DNA from: the human T2T-CHM13v2.0 reference genome, Homo sapiens
Assembly: GCF_009914755.1 (NCBI RefSeq)
Contig: NC_060926.1
Length of the DNA stretch: 64,000 bases
Direction: 5' to 3' (one strand)
A model generated the notes under the pieces. The model ran no database searches. It saw only the letters and a list, made by a program, of their open reading frames with translations, and was not told the DNA's origin. Every line of letters begins with the position of its first letter. Position 1 is the first letter of the stretch. Positions 39,261 through 52,800 of this stretch are shown piece by piece. Position numbers and translations under genes: made by a program.

Positions 39261-41610
39261 CCCTGGATAGAGAGCATTTCAGGAGAGAAGCCTGAATGCA
39301 AAGTGCAGAAAGAAGCAGAGGGAATGGAGATCACAGGCCATAGACTGTTTATCAGATGGCATGGTGATCGGCCTTTTTGGGGCAGAGGAAATATAAAGAA
39401 AGGATTATTTTTCCTTGTGATAGACGTTCTTAGAGAGGATTCTACCCTTTTGTGGGTCTTTCTTTTGAAAATTTGATGAAGCTATGATTCCTCTTGATGG
39501 GTGGAAGATGTACCACACACATCTGACACCCTCACCATGTGCATGTCTTCCAGCAAATTCACAGTCATCTGGACCCCTAGGTTAAGAGTTGCCATCTGAG
39601 GCTGTAGAAGTAAGAAAAGACCCTAAGATGAACGAGAGGTTTTGAGGAATGTTCATTCTGGTAGGGAGGTGGAAGACTGAGGTCTATCACAATTTGACAG
39701 ATATGTAAGGCCACATGTCATTGTAAGTACTCAACTGTGAGTTTCAAACTGTAAGAATCATTGGAGGAGGGATGAACAAAACTTTGCTGAATAAGATTAT
39801 GTTATTCAACTACATATGGTTCAAAGGCAGCTGAAATATATTATGAATTACATTGTTAAAAATCATGAAAATCTGGAGCATTAAAAAAGCTTATGGGTTG
39901 GCAAAACAATAAAATCAACTACTTCAGAATATGACAATTAATCAAAGCCACAGATTAAAATGAAAATTATTCACCCAAGAGAAACTGGAAAGTACTGGAT
40001 TTTGAGATAACGATGAGTGTGACTTTTTAATTTGGGGCCATTCCCATCCCCCTCTTCATCCCGGCTAAAAGCCGGTGACATTGAAAACAAGGAAAAGAAT
40101 TGATGGGTTTTGGAGTTCCATTAAAAGCACTGTCCTCAGAGCACAGTCAATATTTTATCTGAAATTGCAGCTCTTAGGAAATCTGGACTCTGTGGGCACA
40201 GTAGTGAGGGAAAGACTTACCTTCAGGGAATCATGGAGACAGCAAACTGCTGGCAGCATCCCAGCTGCCCAAGGCTGTGGTTTCAGCTGGGACAAACAGA
40301 AGCCTGGCTGGGAGTTGAATAAAGAAATCCTAGAGAATATAGACAACCACAGAGAACTTTGGAAAACTCTCTCACACTCTTGGGAATCTACAAGGCTGTG
40401 TGCATGTCCAGGAAAGACAGGAAAAGAAAGGCACCAGGCACTCATTCCTGGGTGACCCCGAGGCTCTTTACAAGCATGGATTAAGAGTTAAGCCCTCCTG
40501 GAAAGGGCCAGGAGTTTAAGGCAACGCCTTCTCACATAGATCCCCTTGGCAGATGGTAGAAGCTGTTCAGGAAAGGCATTTAATAAAATCCTCTGGCTAT
40601 TCATTGGCCGACCACTAACTTATCCTGACCCAGGCATAATACCTACAAAGCCAGGCCTTAAAAACTAACCAATAAACAGACAAACTACAAGCTCCAAGAA
40701 CTCGAAAGAAAAAGAAAAAAGGTACCAGAGGAATCAGTAACCAAACAATGCACAATACTCAGAATCTCCAGAATTTTACCAGGAAAGTTACTAAAAAATA
40801 AGAAGCAACAAGGAAAACAAAACTAAACTAGTAGCAACAAAAATCTAGCAACAACAGCAAGTCTTGGGGAATGTAAGAATCTGATACCAGAATTGCTATA
40901 ACATATTACCTAAAGATTTCCAGTTGTCATTACAAAAAGCATGAGAGATACAAAGAAACAGGAAAGTATGACACACACACACGAGAGAAAAAAGTTAACT
41001 GAAAATGTCCCTGAAAGGGCTCAGATTTGGGACTTGGTGAAGACTTTAAACTAATTATTATAAATACATTTAAATAACTAAAGAAAACTGTCTGAAAAAT
41101 TCAAAGGAATCATGGCAATTTTGCCTCACCAAGTAGAGGATTTCAATACAGAAATAGATATTATAAAATAAATAACCAAATAAATATTCTGGAGTTGAAA
41201 TATTCAATAACTGAAATAAAAAGTACATTAGAGAAGCTCAATAACAAATTTGACCCTTAAGAACAAAGAATCCAAAACTTAAAAATAGGTTAATAGAGAG
41301 TATTTAGTCTCAGAGACAGAGAAAAAAAAGAACAGAAATGAAGATAGCCTTACAGATCTCTGGGACACCACTAACTCTATCCTTATATACAGAATGAGAG
41401 ATTCAGAAGAAGAGAAGAAAAGGGGGGACAAAATTATTTGAAGAAATAATGGCTGAAAGCTTTCCAAATTGATGAAACATATTAACCTACACAATTAAAG
41501 AGTTCAATGAATTCAATGTAGAATATACATAAATGGATCTATATGTAGACATATCAGGATCAAATTAACAAAAGGCAAAGGCAAAAATTTTTTTTGAAAG
41601 TTGCAAGATA

Positions 41611-41766
41611 AAAAGGCAGAGAATAGATTTGAAACAAACAAACAGACATGATTCAATTAAATGGTCTACAAAATGTACTTTTAATTCAAAGCCACAAATA
41701 ATTTGAAAGTGAAAGCATGGAAAAATATTCTATGCAAGCAATAACTAAAAGAGAGCTGAAGTGACT
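41611..41766 (+). repeat. Ectopic copy (~156 bp) of 42540-42696 within the same L1
   Basis: Both run aaaggcagagaatagatttgaaacaaacaaac ... aaagagagctgaagtgact. Confidence 0.92.
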
Positions 41767-43010
41767 ACAAGGCAGAGTCAATAAAATTACTACTTGACTT
41801 TTCATCAGCAACTATGGAGAATAGAAAGTAGTGTGATGACATCTTCAAAGAGTTGAAAGACTATCAATAAAGTTCTCTATTTAGCTACACTCTTCTTAAA
41901 AATATTAAAACATTCCAAGATAAATAAAAACAGAGAATTTATTGCTAGAAGACGTGTCGTTTTAGAAATACTAAAGGGAGCCCCTCACGCTGAAATGAAA
42001 GAACACACAAAACCACACGAAAATACAGAGCAGTGGTGACGATAACTGCATAGATGTTATAAAAGATGGTATAAGCTTATCATTTGTAATGCTTTCGTTC
42101 TTCTATACGTTTTAAAAGACAGCGGCAGAAATCAATAATTATAAAACTGTGCTAATAGCTTATAAGGTATAAAGAAGTAATTTGTATAGCAATAATAGGA
42201 CAAAATTGGTGGAAGAAATGGAAGAATATGGTAACAAAGTTTTTAACTATGTTTGAAACAAAGTTAGTATTAGTCTGAACTAGGTTGCTTCAAGTTAACA
42301 GCTAACTGTAATTTCCAGGGAAATTAATGAGAGAGAAAAATTAAAATTATTAAAAGAAACAACAAAGGAACTAAAAGGTTATACCAGGAATAATATTTTT
42401 AACAAGAATATGGCAAAAATAGGGAAATAGAGGAATAAAGCAGACACAAGATATACAGAAAATAAACTGCATAACTGTAGGTGTAAAATTACCATATCAA
42501 TAATTACATTAAATAGAAATTGATTAAACATCCCAATCAAAAGGCAGAGAATAGATTTGAAACAAACAAACAAACATGATTCAATTAAATGGTCTCTAGA
42601 AAACGCACTTTGAATTCAAAGCCACAAATAATTTGAAAGTAAAAGCATGAAAAAATATTCCATGCAAGCAATATCCAAAAGAGAGCTGAAGTGACTGCAC
42701 TAGTATCAGACACAAAAGACTGAAGACAATGTTTCAAAATTAGGTGCAAAAAAGGATATTTTATGATGAGAAGAGGTTCAATGAGTCAAGAAGACATAAC
42801 AATTATAAACATATGTGCATCTAACAGTACAGCTCCAAAATACATGAAACAAATTCTGATAAAATTAAGGGGATAGACAATAAAAATAACTGGAGACATC
42901 AATATCCCACATTCCTTAATAGATAAAGCTATTAGAACTAACAAATTAGTGCAGCCCATTTGCAGGGTAGAATATCAGTACACCATAATCAATTGTATTT
43001 TGCATATGAA

Positions 43011-43354
43011 TTCTATGATTTAAACGTTTGTGTTTCCCCAAATTCATATGTTGAAATTCTAACCCCCAAGGTAATGGTATTAAGGGATGGGGTCCTTGAA
43101 AGGTGATTAGGTCATGAGGGTGGAGCCCATATAGAGTAGCCTCAGAAAGCTTCCCTGGCCCTTCCACCATGTAAGGATGCAGTGAGAAGACAAATGCCTG
43201 CCTATGAGGAAATGAGCCTTCACCACACACCCAATAATCTGGTGTCTTGATCTTGGACTTCCCAGGCTCCAGAACTGTGCAAAATACATTTCTGTTTTTT
43301 ATAAGCCACATAGTTTATGACATTTTGCTATAGTATGTCAAATGGACTAAAACA
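43011..43354 (+). mobile_element. MLT1A-like MaLR solo LTR inside the L1
   Basis: tgtgtttccccaaattcatatgttgaaattctaacccccaagg ... gatcttggacttcccaggctccagaactgtg ... aaatggactaaaaca. Confidence 0.88.
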
Positions 43355-43682
43355 ACTAGAATAAAAAATACAAAAATAAAAATTAGAAAACAAGCTCATT
43401 AATAAAATTGACATAATGAATAAAACATCTGGAAATAAATTTAACAAAAGAAGTTCAAGACATGTATACTAAAAGCTATATTATATTGTTTTAAGAAATT
43501 AAAGATTGAAATAAATGGAAAGACATGTTCACAGATCAGAATATTTAACATTATTAAGGTAGCAATACTTCTCAAATTGATCTACAGATCCAAATTCTAA
43601 GTAGTATTTTTCAATGAAATTGCTAAGTTGATTTAAAAATTTTCATGACAATGAAAGGACCCAGTATAAGAAAACAAATCTT

Positions 43683-43990
43683 GGCCTGGTGCGGTGGCTC
43701 ACGCCTGTAATCCCAGCACTGTGGGAGGCCAAGGCGGGTGGATCGTGAGGTCAGGAGATTGAGACCATCCTGGCTAACATGGTGAAACCACGTGTCTATT
43801 AAAAATACACAAAAAATTAGCCAGGCATGGTGGTGGGCGCCTGTAGTCCCAGCTACTCGGGAGGCTGAGGCCAGAGAATGGCGTGAACCCGGGAGGCGGA
43901 GCTTGCAGTGAGCTGAGCCGAGATTGCGCCACTGCACTCCAGCCTGGGCAACAGAGTGAGACTCCGTCTCAAAAAAAAAAAAGAAAGAAA
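43683..43990 (+). mobile_element. AluY with TSD
   Basis: Y-type positions (gagaccatcctggctaac; gaatggcgtgaacccgggaggcggagcttgcag); TSD aagaaaa(c/t)aaatctt at 43668 and 43989. Confidence 0.95.
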
Positions 43991-45360
43991 GAAAATAAAT
44001 CTTGAATAAAAAAAATAGGTTTAGGAATTAGTCTTCTGGATTTTAAAAATCTACTACAAATAAACAAGTAAGTGAATAAATAAATAAACAACAAACAGTA
44101 ACTGAGAGAGGATGGTACCAGCATAAGGATAGATACTGATCAATGAAATAGAATGGGGAATCTAAAAATAAACCATCTCACTTATTGTCAACTGATTTTT
44201 GACAAGGGTTTCAGAACAATTTAATGGGGGAAATCAAGTCTTTTTAATGAATGGTGTTGGAACAACTGGGTATCCACATACAAATGAATAAAGTTGGACA
44301 GGTATCACACCATATACAAACATGGACGCAAAATGTATCAAAGGCCTAAATGTAGAAGTTAAAACTATATAACTCCTAGAAGAAAACCTATTAGTAAGTC
44401 TTTGTGTCCTTGGGTTAGGTGACGGCATCTTAAATACACCACCAAAAACACAAGGGATAAGAGAAAAAAAAAGCAAACGCATAAGTTTAGCTTAATCAAA
44501 ACTAAAAAGTTGATCTGACAAAGGCCACCATCATGAAAATGGAAAAACAACAAAAAGAACAAGAATAAATATTTACAAATTACATATATTACTTGGGACT
44601 TGTATGCATAATATGCAAATAATCCTTACAAAGCAATAAGAAAAGACAATACAATTTAATAATGTACAAATGATTTGAATAGACATTTTCCCAAAGAAAA
44701 TCTACAAATGGACAATAATCTCATGAAAAGATGCTGAACATCATTTGTCAGTTTGTCATCTGGGAAATGCAAATAAAAACCACAATAGATACCTCTTCAT
44801 ATTTACTAGGGTGGCTATTGCAAAAAAGGAAAAGAAAAGAAAAGAAGAAAAGAAAGGAACAAATGTTGGTGAGGATGTGGAGAAACTGGAACTCTCATAC
44901 ATTGCAGGTGGGAATATAAAATATTGCAGCTACTTTGACAAAAATTTTGGCCATTCCTCAAAATGCAAAACATAACTTTAACATGTGACACAGCAATTTC
45001 ACTCCTAAGATAATGAAAATGTGTCTACATGGACATTATGCTAAATGAAAGAAGCCGGTATCAACAAAACCCCTCATATTGTTTGATTCTATTTATGTAA
45101 AATGTCCAGAATAGGCAAATTCACAGAGACAAAAAGTGGACTGTAACTGTCAAGGGCTGCTGGGAGGGCAGAATCAAGGGTGACCACTAATGGGTCCATT
45201 GTCTCTTTTTGGAGTGTTGAAGAGGTTCTAAAGTTAGAATATGGTGATAGCCGCATAGCTCAGAGGATATACCAAAAATCATTGAATTATGAACTTTAAA
45301 TGGGTGAATTTTATAATATGTAAGATAATTCTCAATTAAGGGTAAAAATATGGACTTCCA

Positions 45361-45442
45361 CTGTAGAGACAGCAAAGGGAAAACAGGCCGTCTCTCCTGT
45401 TCTGTAGAGAGAGCAAAGGGAAAATAGGCCCCCTCTCCTGTT
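45361..45442. repeat. Tandem duplication, 2 x 41 bp
   Basis: ctgtagagacagcaaagggaaaacaggccgtctctcctgtt / ctgtagagagagcaaagggaaaataggccccctctcctgtt. Confidence 0.9.
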
Positions 45443-45874
45443 AGTTGCATCTTCAGTTTTATTTAGTTTGTAAAATTTATTAACGGCTGTATAAATGTTC
45501 CAGGAGTGGGTGGCAGTTCTGGATTCCTACTTCCCTCTTGGCAAATGCACCTCCCTGAGAAATCTCTGCATGCTTGACCAAATTGCTTTCTCAATGGTAC
45601 TGATATGACTATTAAGGGACTCAGCATGGTGGAACTAGAGGGCCAAATGGCTCTCAAAGTAAATTAATATACTCTATTCTATTGCTTCCTGCTAGCCATT
45701 TGCTAGAACATTTATTCACTAATTTGCCCTCTCATTCTTCATCATGTCATTCAATTGTTTACAAGCATGTACTGAAAATCTGTCCTGCTTCATTTGGAAA
45801 GATCTCTGGAAAAAATGCAGGAAACTGCAAGGCAAGTCCCAGAGGTTATTCTTTTTAACCTCTTCATACCTTAG

Positions 45875-46198
<324 letters not shown>

Positions 46199-47902
46199 AA
46201 CCTTAGTTTATTTTAAAGCATAATTGGAATGAGGATCAAAAAGGCTGATAGAATGATAGCATCCATCAGTAGGGCTGTTGAAAGGATCTACCACTATCTA
46301 CACCACACTACATACATATACAAAGAACTTATGTGTGTATAGCATAAGACAGCATTATATAAAATGCTATGGAAACACCTGGGGCAGTTTTACAAATGAA
46401 GAAACTGAGATGTACTGGCTTGGTTCAGTTGCTCAAGCTTTCAAAGGAAATGTCGATGTGGGGATTGAACTAACATTGTTTGAAGTTATGGAGAACTTTA
46501 GTACCATAAAAGTTAAGTCAAATTCATGTGTTAATCTTTTTCAGAGTCACTGAAAAACAGTCTCATTTCTTCAAGTTTTACACGAGCAAGTGATGCTGTT
46601 GTAGGTGACAAGGGCAGTTGTCACATGCCTTAAGCCAAGCCACACATCAGAAGCTCTGACTGGCATTCCATGGCCATTAGTTGAGAATGTTTGTTTTTTT
46701 CTCCAAATGTGGCATATAACATTGTAACATTTATAATAATAGAATCATCATGTGAGAATGCTTTATGGGAACTAAAAAATCAATAGCCATGTTAGTGAGG
46801 GGACAGAGTTCCAGGAGTAATGCACTGGAATTTTATCATAATGCTGTTCACATAGCATAGCTTCTTACTGGGGATATATATAAACCCTTCGGAAAACAAG
46901 GCAACCTCTTTGAAATTTCCCAAGTTGTAAAGGGAAGACTATTGCATGATTAGGAATAAAACCAGTGGCTTTCAGATATGCTGGTCAGCACAAACACCAT
47001 AGCCCACCTCCCTAAGCAATCTCCTCATCGCCCAAGACCTCATGCCTGACTAGAACAGAAGAACATCAGGCAGATGCTGGCATCTTGTAAGCCAACCCTG
47101 CTCTCTCCTCCCAATCAAGATGCATCTCAAGGGGCCTGAAAGGAGTGGAAGGGATACTGTGATTCCTCAGCATGGGCTCTGAAAAGTGAGTCACCATGAG
47201 AACCCAGAGACCGGTGCACACAAGCTGTGAGCTTGCACACACCTAGAAAGCTGCCAATGTCACTGCTAGGGATGATGTGGAAGGTGTCTTCACTGGTTTT
47301 AAATGCAATGCACTCTAAGCCAGTTGGAATACTTTTGCTTTGAAGAAATACCTGCCCTTCCTAAGTGCTGCGGCTTTTCTCAACCCTTTACGCCTGTGCT
47401 CACTTGTAGATGCAAATCCCCCACTCAGCTCTTGCCCTGGGTAGCAATCAGGTGGTTCATGAGTGGTGCCAACCAGTTACATTTCCTGATATGCAATACA
47501 GCTGGCAGCAGGATGGCCTGCACATGCGCAGGAATGGCCCCAATGAGCAGAGATCCCACAGCCCGCTGTCACAGCTGTCTTCACCTTTTTCCAGGTGGGA
47601 CCAACACAGGCCTGCAGGGCCCAGGAGCTCATCTACCACACAGTCTGAAGTGACTGAATTAATCAGGTCACAGTGGCCAAAAGCCTATCCACTGCCACTG
47701 CAAGCCACCTTTCCTGCAAGGCGATTCACTCTATAGGAAACCGGTTTAACCAGAATCTGGAATCGTACAATTTTTCAGACCAGCAACAAGGAAGAGGACT
47801 GAGAAATCTGACACTTTGGAGAGGAGCAGGACTGATTAGAACAGAAAAAAGAATCAGCACTGGGGCCAGGGATGTGGGCAGGAAACCGGGGGAATAAAAG
47901 AG

Positions 47903-48439
47903 CTTAGAGGGGAGGGAGACCACTCCATCAGTAAGCCCATGTGCTGATGACTTCCTATACTCATTTTAGTATAGACTGAGAGGGCTAACAAGGAAAGGAA
48001 AGTTCAGTTCTTAGAGGGGAGGGAGACCACTCCATCAGTAAGCCCATGTGCTGATGACTTTCTATACTCATTTTAGTGTAGACCGAGAAGGCTACTAAGG
48101 AACAGAAAATTCAGTTCTTAGAGGGAGGGAGACCACTCCATCAGTAAGCCCATGTGCTGATGCCTTCCTATATTCATTTTAGTATAGACTGAGAGGGCTA
48201 ACAAGGAATGGAAAGTTCAGTTCTTAGAAGGGAGGGAGACCACTCCATCAGTAAGCCCATGTGCTGATGACTTCCTATACTCATTTTAGTATAGACTGAG
48301 AGGGCTACTAAGGAACGGAAAGTTCAGTTCTTAGAGGGGAGGGAGACCACTCCATCAGTAAGCCCATGTGCTGATGACTTCCCATACTCATTTTAGTATA
48401 GACTGAGAGGGCTAATAAGGAATGGAAAGTTCAGTTCTT
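47903..48439. repeat. Minisatellite, 107-bp unit x 5
   Basis: Starts at 47903,48010,48117,48223,48330; unit cttagaggggagggagaccactccatcagtaagcccatgtgctgatgacttcctatactcattttagtatagactgagagggcta..aaggaa.ggaaagttcagtt. Confidence 0.98.
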
Positions 48440-48499
48440 GTCCTAAAGAAGGGAGCAGGCAGCTCTTCCAGAGTTCCTGCTTACCCCATCTCCTGGTCA

Positions 48500-48968
48500 T
48501 GCCTCTCTTCGGTGTAACCGGATGACTGCCTTGTGTGTGAAAAACAGGATACATCAACAAGTGATGGGATGTCCCTCCCATGATCAGGTTAGAAAACACT
48601 GAGAGCTCCCCTGCAGGTCCTCACCCCACTGCCCCTTGTGTTTGCTTTGACTGGCCCTGGGCTAGGAGTGGAGAGGGCTCCTCAGCCAGCAGCCAGCAAG
48701 GGGCAGCACCTCCATCCACAGCCTCAGAGAAACCGAGTCCTGGCAACAGTCGCTGCAGAAACCAGGAGGCAATCGGCCTGCTGGAACCCCGAGAGAACTG
48801 AGGTCCCAAGTGACCATGGGCTGCAGCCTGTGAGAGACCCTATGAGGGAGGATCCAGCCCAGCCAGGCCTGAATCCCAAACCTACAGACACTGTGAGATA
48901 CTAAATGAGTTATTTTAGGCAACTAAGTACTGGTATAATTTGTTACACAGACATAGATGATGAATACA
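48500..48968 (+). mobile_element. MLT1 (F/G-like) MaLR LTR
   Basis: ccagcagccagcaagg ... gcagcctgtgagagaccct ... acagacactgtgagata ... taatttgttacacag ... gaataca. Confidence 0.75.
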
Positions 48969-49289
48969 AGGATTTAATTGGGAAAGGAATGAATTAGCAA
49001 AACAATCATCTACAGTATAACCTGGTGTAAACGTTGGAGGAGGAAACACTGGTTATTATCTGACAGATGTGCACTCAGCGCAGCCATGTGACAAAGCCCA
49101 TCAGAGGCAACCAGGCCAAGGCTGCATCCCCTGGCCAGCCCTCCTCACCCTCCAATTCTCTAAGCAGCTCTGCCCACCCTGTGGTCATCAGACTTTGTGG
49201 TCAGGAAGCTTCTCTGACCATGCATTCTCCTTTCACCTCTGCCCTCTCATGGTGAAACTCTGCAGGCCCTCCTATCTGCACAGTTTCTT

Positions 49290-49870
49290 TTCTCCATCAG
49301 CTGTCTCCACCTTCTCCAAGAGCGCATTTTTAAATGATGGCACTGGAGCTGTCTGCATGCCTCTTGGCTTTCTGATTATTCTGCACATGTGCTCAGGCAA
49401 GCCCCCTGAACTCAGCTCTGGCTGTGTGACTCCCCTGCCCCAAATCCTCTAGAGACCCCCACTGTCTAAGCAGTTGAGTACACCTGTCCCTATTTGGCAC
49501 AAATATTTCCATCTTGTGTGTGTTCACAGGCACGTTCCTGGGAATTTGCCTTCATGCTTCTCTGTCTCTCCAACTCTTGTTCAACTCGTAAGACTTGCTT
49601 CAAATGCACCCTTCTACATTAAGTCTATGCTGCTCCCTTTCCCACCCCCAGAATAGTTTCTCCTTCTTTGGATTCTTATCAACCTGTGGGATACCTCCCA
49701 AAGGCTTGTCATGCTCTGCCATTTGTCACGGTTGTTTATGTTCCTGTTCTTCAGCCCTATACATTTCTCAAAGTCCCAAGCAGAATGAGTCTTATTCATA
49801 ATAGTATCCCCAGTGCTTCATTCATTGCCTGGAACATAATGAGCACTCAATAATGTTGGCAAAATTGAAT
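49290..49870 (+). mobile_element. L2 3' relic
   Basis: Ends gcctggaacataatgagcactcaataatgttggcaaaattgaat, typical of the L2 3' terminus. Confidence 0.55.
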
Positions 49871-52800
49871 TTGATCCACACAGTCCTACTGTTTTATGCC
49901 CTAGCTGGAGCCCAGATCGTAAGATGCTGAAGCAGCTTGGCTTCCACATGGGGTGCTGGAATCGACCCACACGCACCTCTCTCTGAGACACCGCGCTCTC
50001 AGGCCCCTCTGTCCCCACTCGGTTTCCTGATCCACAGACTCCCTCCTTTTCATGAAGAATGCGTTTGGGTGTTCCCTTTTCTCCCAGCCCCTCCATAGGT
50101 GGGCTTGACCCAGGGAGAAGGGAATGGAATCTCAACCTACCGCTAGTATTTCTTATAAAAATTCTGTAAACAATGGTTATTGTTTCTGTTGGATCTCATT
50201 CTGATTTCGAAGAAAAATGAAGGACTACATCACTGTGATCTCACTTCTTAGGGTCTTCCTGCTTATAACATGCCTCTGTCTTGATAAAGAAGACTGAAAT
50301 TAAGGGAACAGTGAGTATGGAGGGCCAGACCTCACAGTTTACTCTTTAGTAAGGCAACATGCTGTTAGGAAGAGATGCGCTAAATAATCTAGATAATATA
50401 GCACCAAAGATCAACATTGTGTCAACGGAGCACTCCATCAAAGTATGGGGCCGTTAAACCAATCTGCATAATAAGGAATATGCATTTAAACTGAAATTAT
50501 TTGTATAATTACATTACTTTAAACATTATTTTTAATACTATTCATTTTATACTTGTACATAGTAGTTATGGAAGGCGGTGGTGAAACACTAAAGCCAACA
50601 GTTGAAAAATAGGCAGTTAATCTCGGAACAGAAAAAAGCCTGCAGCTTGCCATCATACCCATTTGTCCTACCATTTTAATTTGTACTCACTTTGTAATGA
50701 ATAAAACCTGAGACATTTCACACATAGAATCACTCTGCAATCCTGACAACCTCCATGCCTTATCACCCCCTTAGCTGAAGGTCCCTGGCTTCTGCCTGCC
50801 CTGCTGTTGGTTCTGAGGCTAGCAAAGGAGCCCCGGTGACCGAACCCCAGGCCTCCGCTCTCTTAGCTGCTCTCTGCTGATTGGATCTCACACAAAGGGC
50901 TTGTTTACGTAGTTTCTTGGAACTTCCCCTTAGGAAGATTCTCTCCTTATTTGTTAGACACCTTTGGCTTCTTCTTTTTCCTCCTGAAGTTCTTATTCAG
51001 CTGGTGTCCCACACCTGCGCCACTGCTCCTGCCTCACAGCTCCGGGGATGCCTGCCCCTCAGATGCCCCCTGCCAACCTCATGCAGGCCACAGCATTCTC
51101 AAAGCAAAATCAATTTATTATGCTGAAAAAGAAGCCAAACAGCATTGTCTTAGGAGAAAATATCCCTGACTTCCCAAGCTCCAATGCCCTCTGAGTTGAA
51201 GGATGAATTATGTCAGCCCAGGCTGACCCCACTGTCCCCTGCAACCAGGATTCCACACGTAACTCCCCGTGACACCACGGTCAGAGCCCACAGTTTATCA
51301 TCCGCCTGCCGCTGCCTTCAGTTTCTCTTTCAGTCTTGGGTGCATTACGGGAGTCCCCCTGATTACAGGTAGAGGCCAGGTACTATGAGTTCTGGGTAGG
51401 CTATGCTTGTCTTCTTTTTTTAAAAAAAGGATAGGTTTGCAATGCCAAATAAGCTGAAAGCCTTCATGTGCATGTTTTACAAAACTCTTAATGCCATTAA
51501 TGTTCTTCCCTTTTTCTTTGTTTGGGAAATTTCTTATCACTGGAGAAAGGCTAGGGTGCCACAGGTAATAGGCAAAGTGAAGCTTTAGGGTCAGGCTTCT
51601 GAGGTCAGCCCTGAAAGGACACCCAGGAGGGGCCCTGCAGGTTCATCTATGCTGCTGAGGGGATCACACAGCATTTGGCAAATTGGCGGGCTCCATTAAT
51701 TAACAGAAACATCTCATACAGCTTCGGCAAGGTTGGCTTTTCAAAAGTATTTTAGAATCTGTTAAATAAGAGCTTGGTCCTAAATAAAATATGATTTGTG
51801 CTTATTAGTCTTGGTTTTTAACAACCGCCATGTGCCCTGTCCATGAACTGAATGTAGTTCCTATTATCCAAACACGACTCATTGACAAGGGACTAACCCA
51901 GTGCTTCTCTGGGAAGAGCTACTACAAATAGATCAAGTCAAAAGAAAAAGGAAACAAAAGACCATGACATTCAAAACTAATCTATAATGGCTTTTAAGCA
52001 CAGAATGGGCCAGTGACAGCTTGCTAACATGGGAACCATTCGCTATAAACACCACACGTGGTCTACTGGGGCTCCATAGCCTTGCCTTGACCATGCATCC
52101 ACTTTGTGATCACGGCTGAGTTGGTCAGACTCTCTGAGCATGTTTCTCCCTCTGTAACACACGAGTGTAAATCTCTAACTTGCAGGATGGTTAGGAGGGG
52201 TCAACAAGAGGTCATGCAGCCAACAGCACAGAGAAGAGTGCCCAGCACATGGTGAGCGGCACATGAGTGTGGCTCGTTACAGCACTAGAGCTGAGCCACA
52301 TACAGTGTGATAGCTGCCTGACCACAGGGGAAAGGCCGTGTGTGAAGGGGACTTCTCTGACTTGGCATGGGCATCACCGAAGAGAAGGTGATGACTGACT
52401 CGCTTTCTCTAGAAGACGGAAAATAAAATGCATTGGGAGAGCAGCACTGGCACCAGTGGGAAACCATGAGCCCTTCTCCTCCATGGAAATGTCACACACA
52501 GAACCAGAAGCCTGAGGAATTCAGTGAGGATTCCTATCTCAAGAGACAGTGTTCTATGAGGTGTTTGCAGTCCTGGTGGTGAGGCCTGTGCTCATGACCC
52601 TAAACTCACAGTAGGCTGTTGGCCTGGGCATCACTAGAGCGACCAGTGGATCCAGTCCTTCCCCTGGGCCCTGAAGTGAGACAATCCCAGGCACTGGTGG
52701 TGGATGAGGCTGATGGAGCCTGTGGGAGCGGGGCCAGCTGCGTCCAACCTGCACTAACGGGTCTGATTCAAAAGGGGTTGATTTACTGGAAAAAAAAAAA

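Larger units (their letters stand above)
40000..45347 (+). mobile_element. Large decayed L1M (ORF1/ORF2/3'UTR pieces) with LTR and Alu insertions
   Basis: A-rich L1-like sequence throughout; ORF2 C-terminal remnant (WEMQIKTT, 44731..44919); 3' end actttaaatgggtgaattttataatatgtaagataattctcaattaa. 5' boundary uncertain. Confidence 0.8.

Noticed and set aside
47903-48439. Hammerhead-ribozyme-like or C/D-box-like motifs (CTGATGA ... GAAA; TGATGA ... CTGA) in the 107-bp unit
   Set aside because: Stems I and III would be only about 3 bp, stem II needs a bulge and closes C-G, and CTGATG is sequestered by catcag. Unit 3 loses the core. The C-to-D distance (~24 nt) is too short for a snoRNA, and the strand is antisense to MYT1L. 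An Infernal/Rfam search would settle it.
51268-51288. Second RE1-like site (cgtgacaccacggtcagagcc)
   Set aside because: The left half-site (TTCAG) is absent; too many mismatches.
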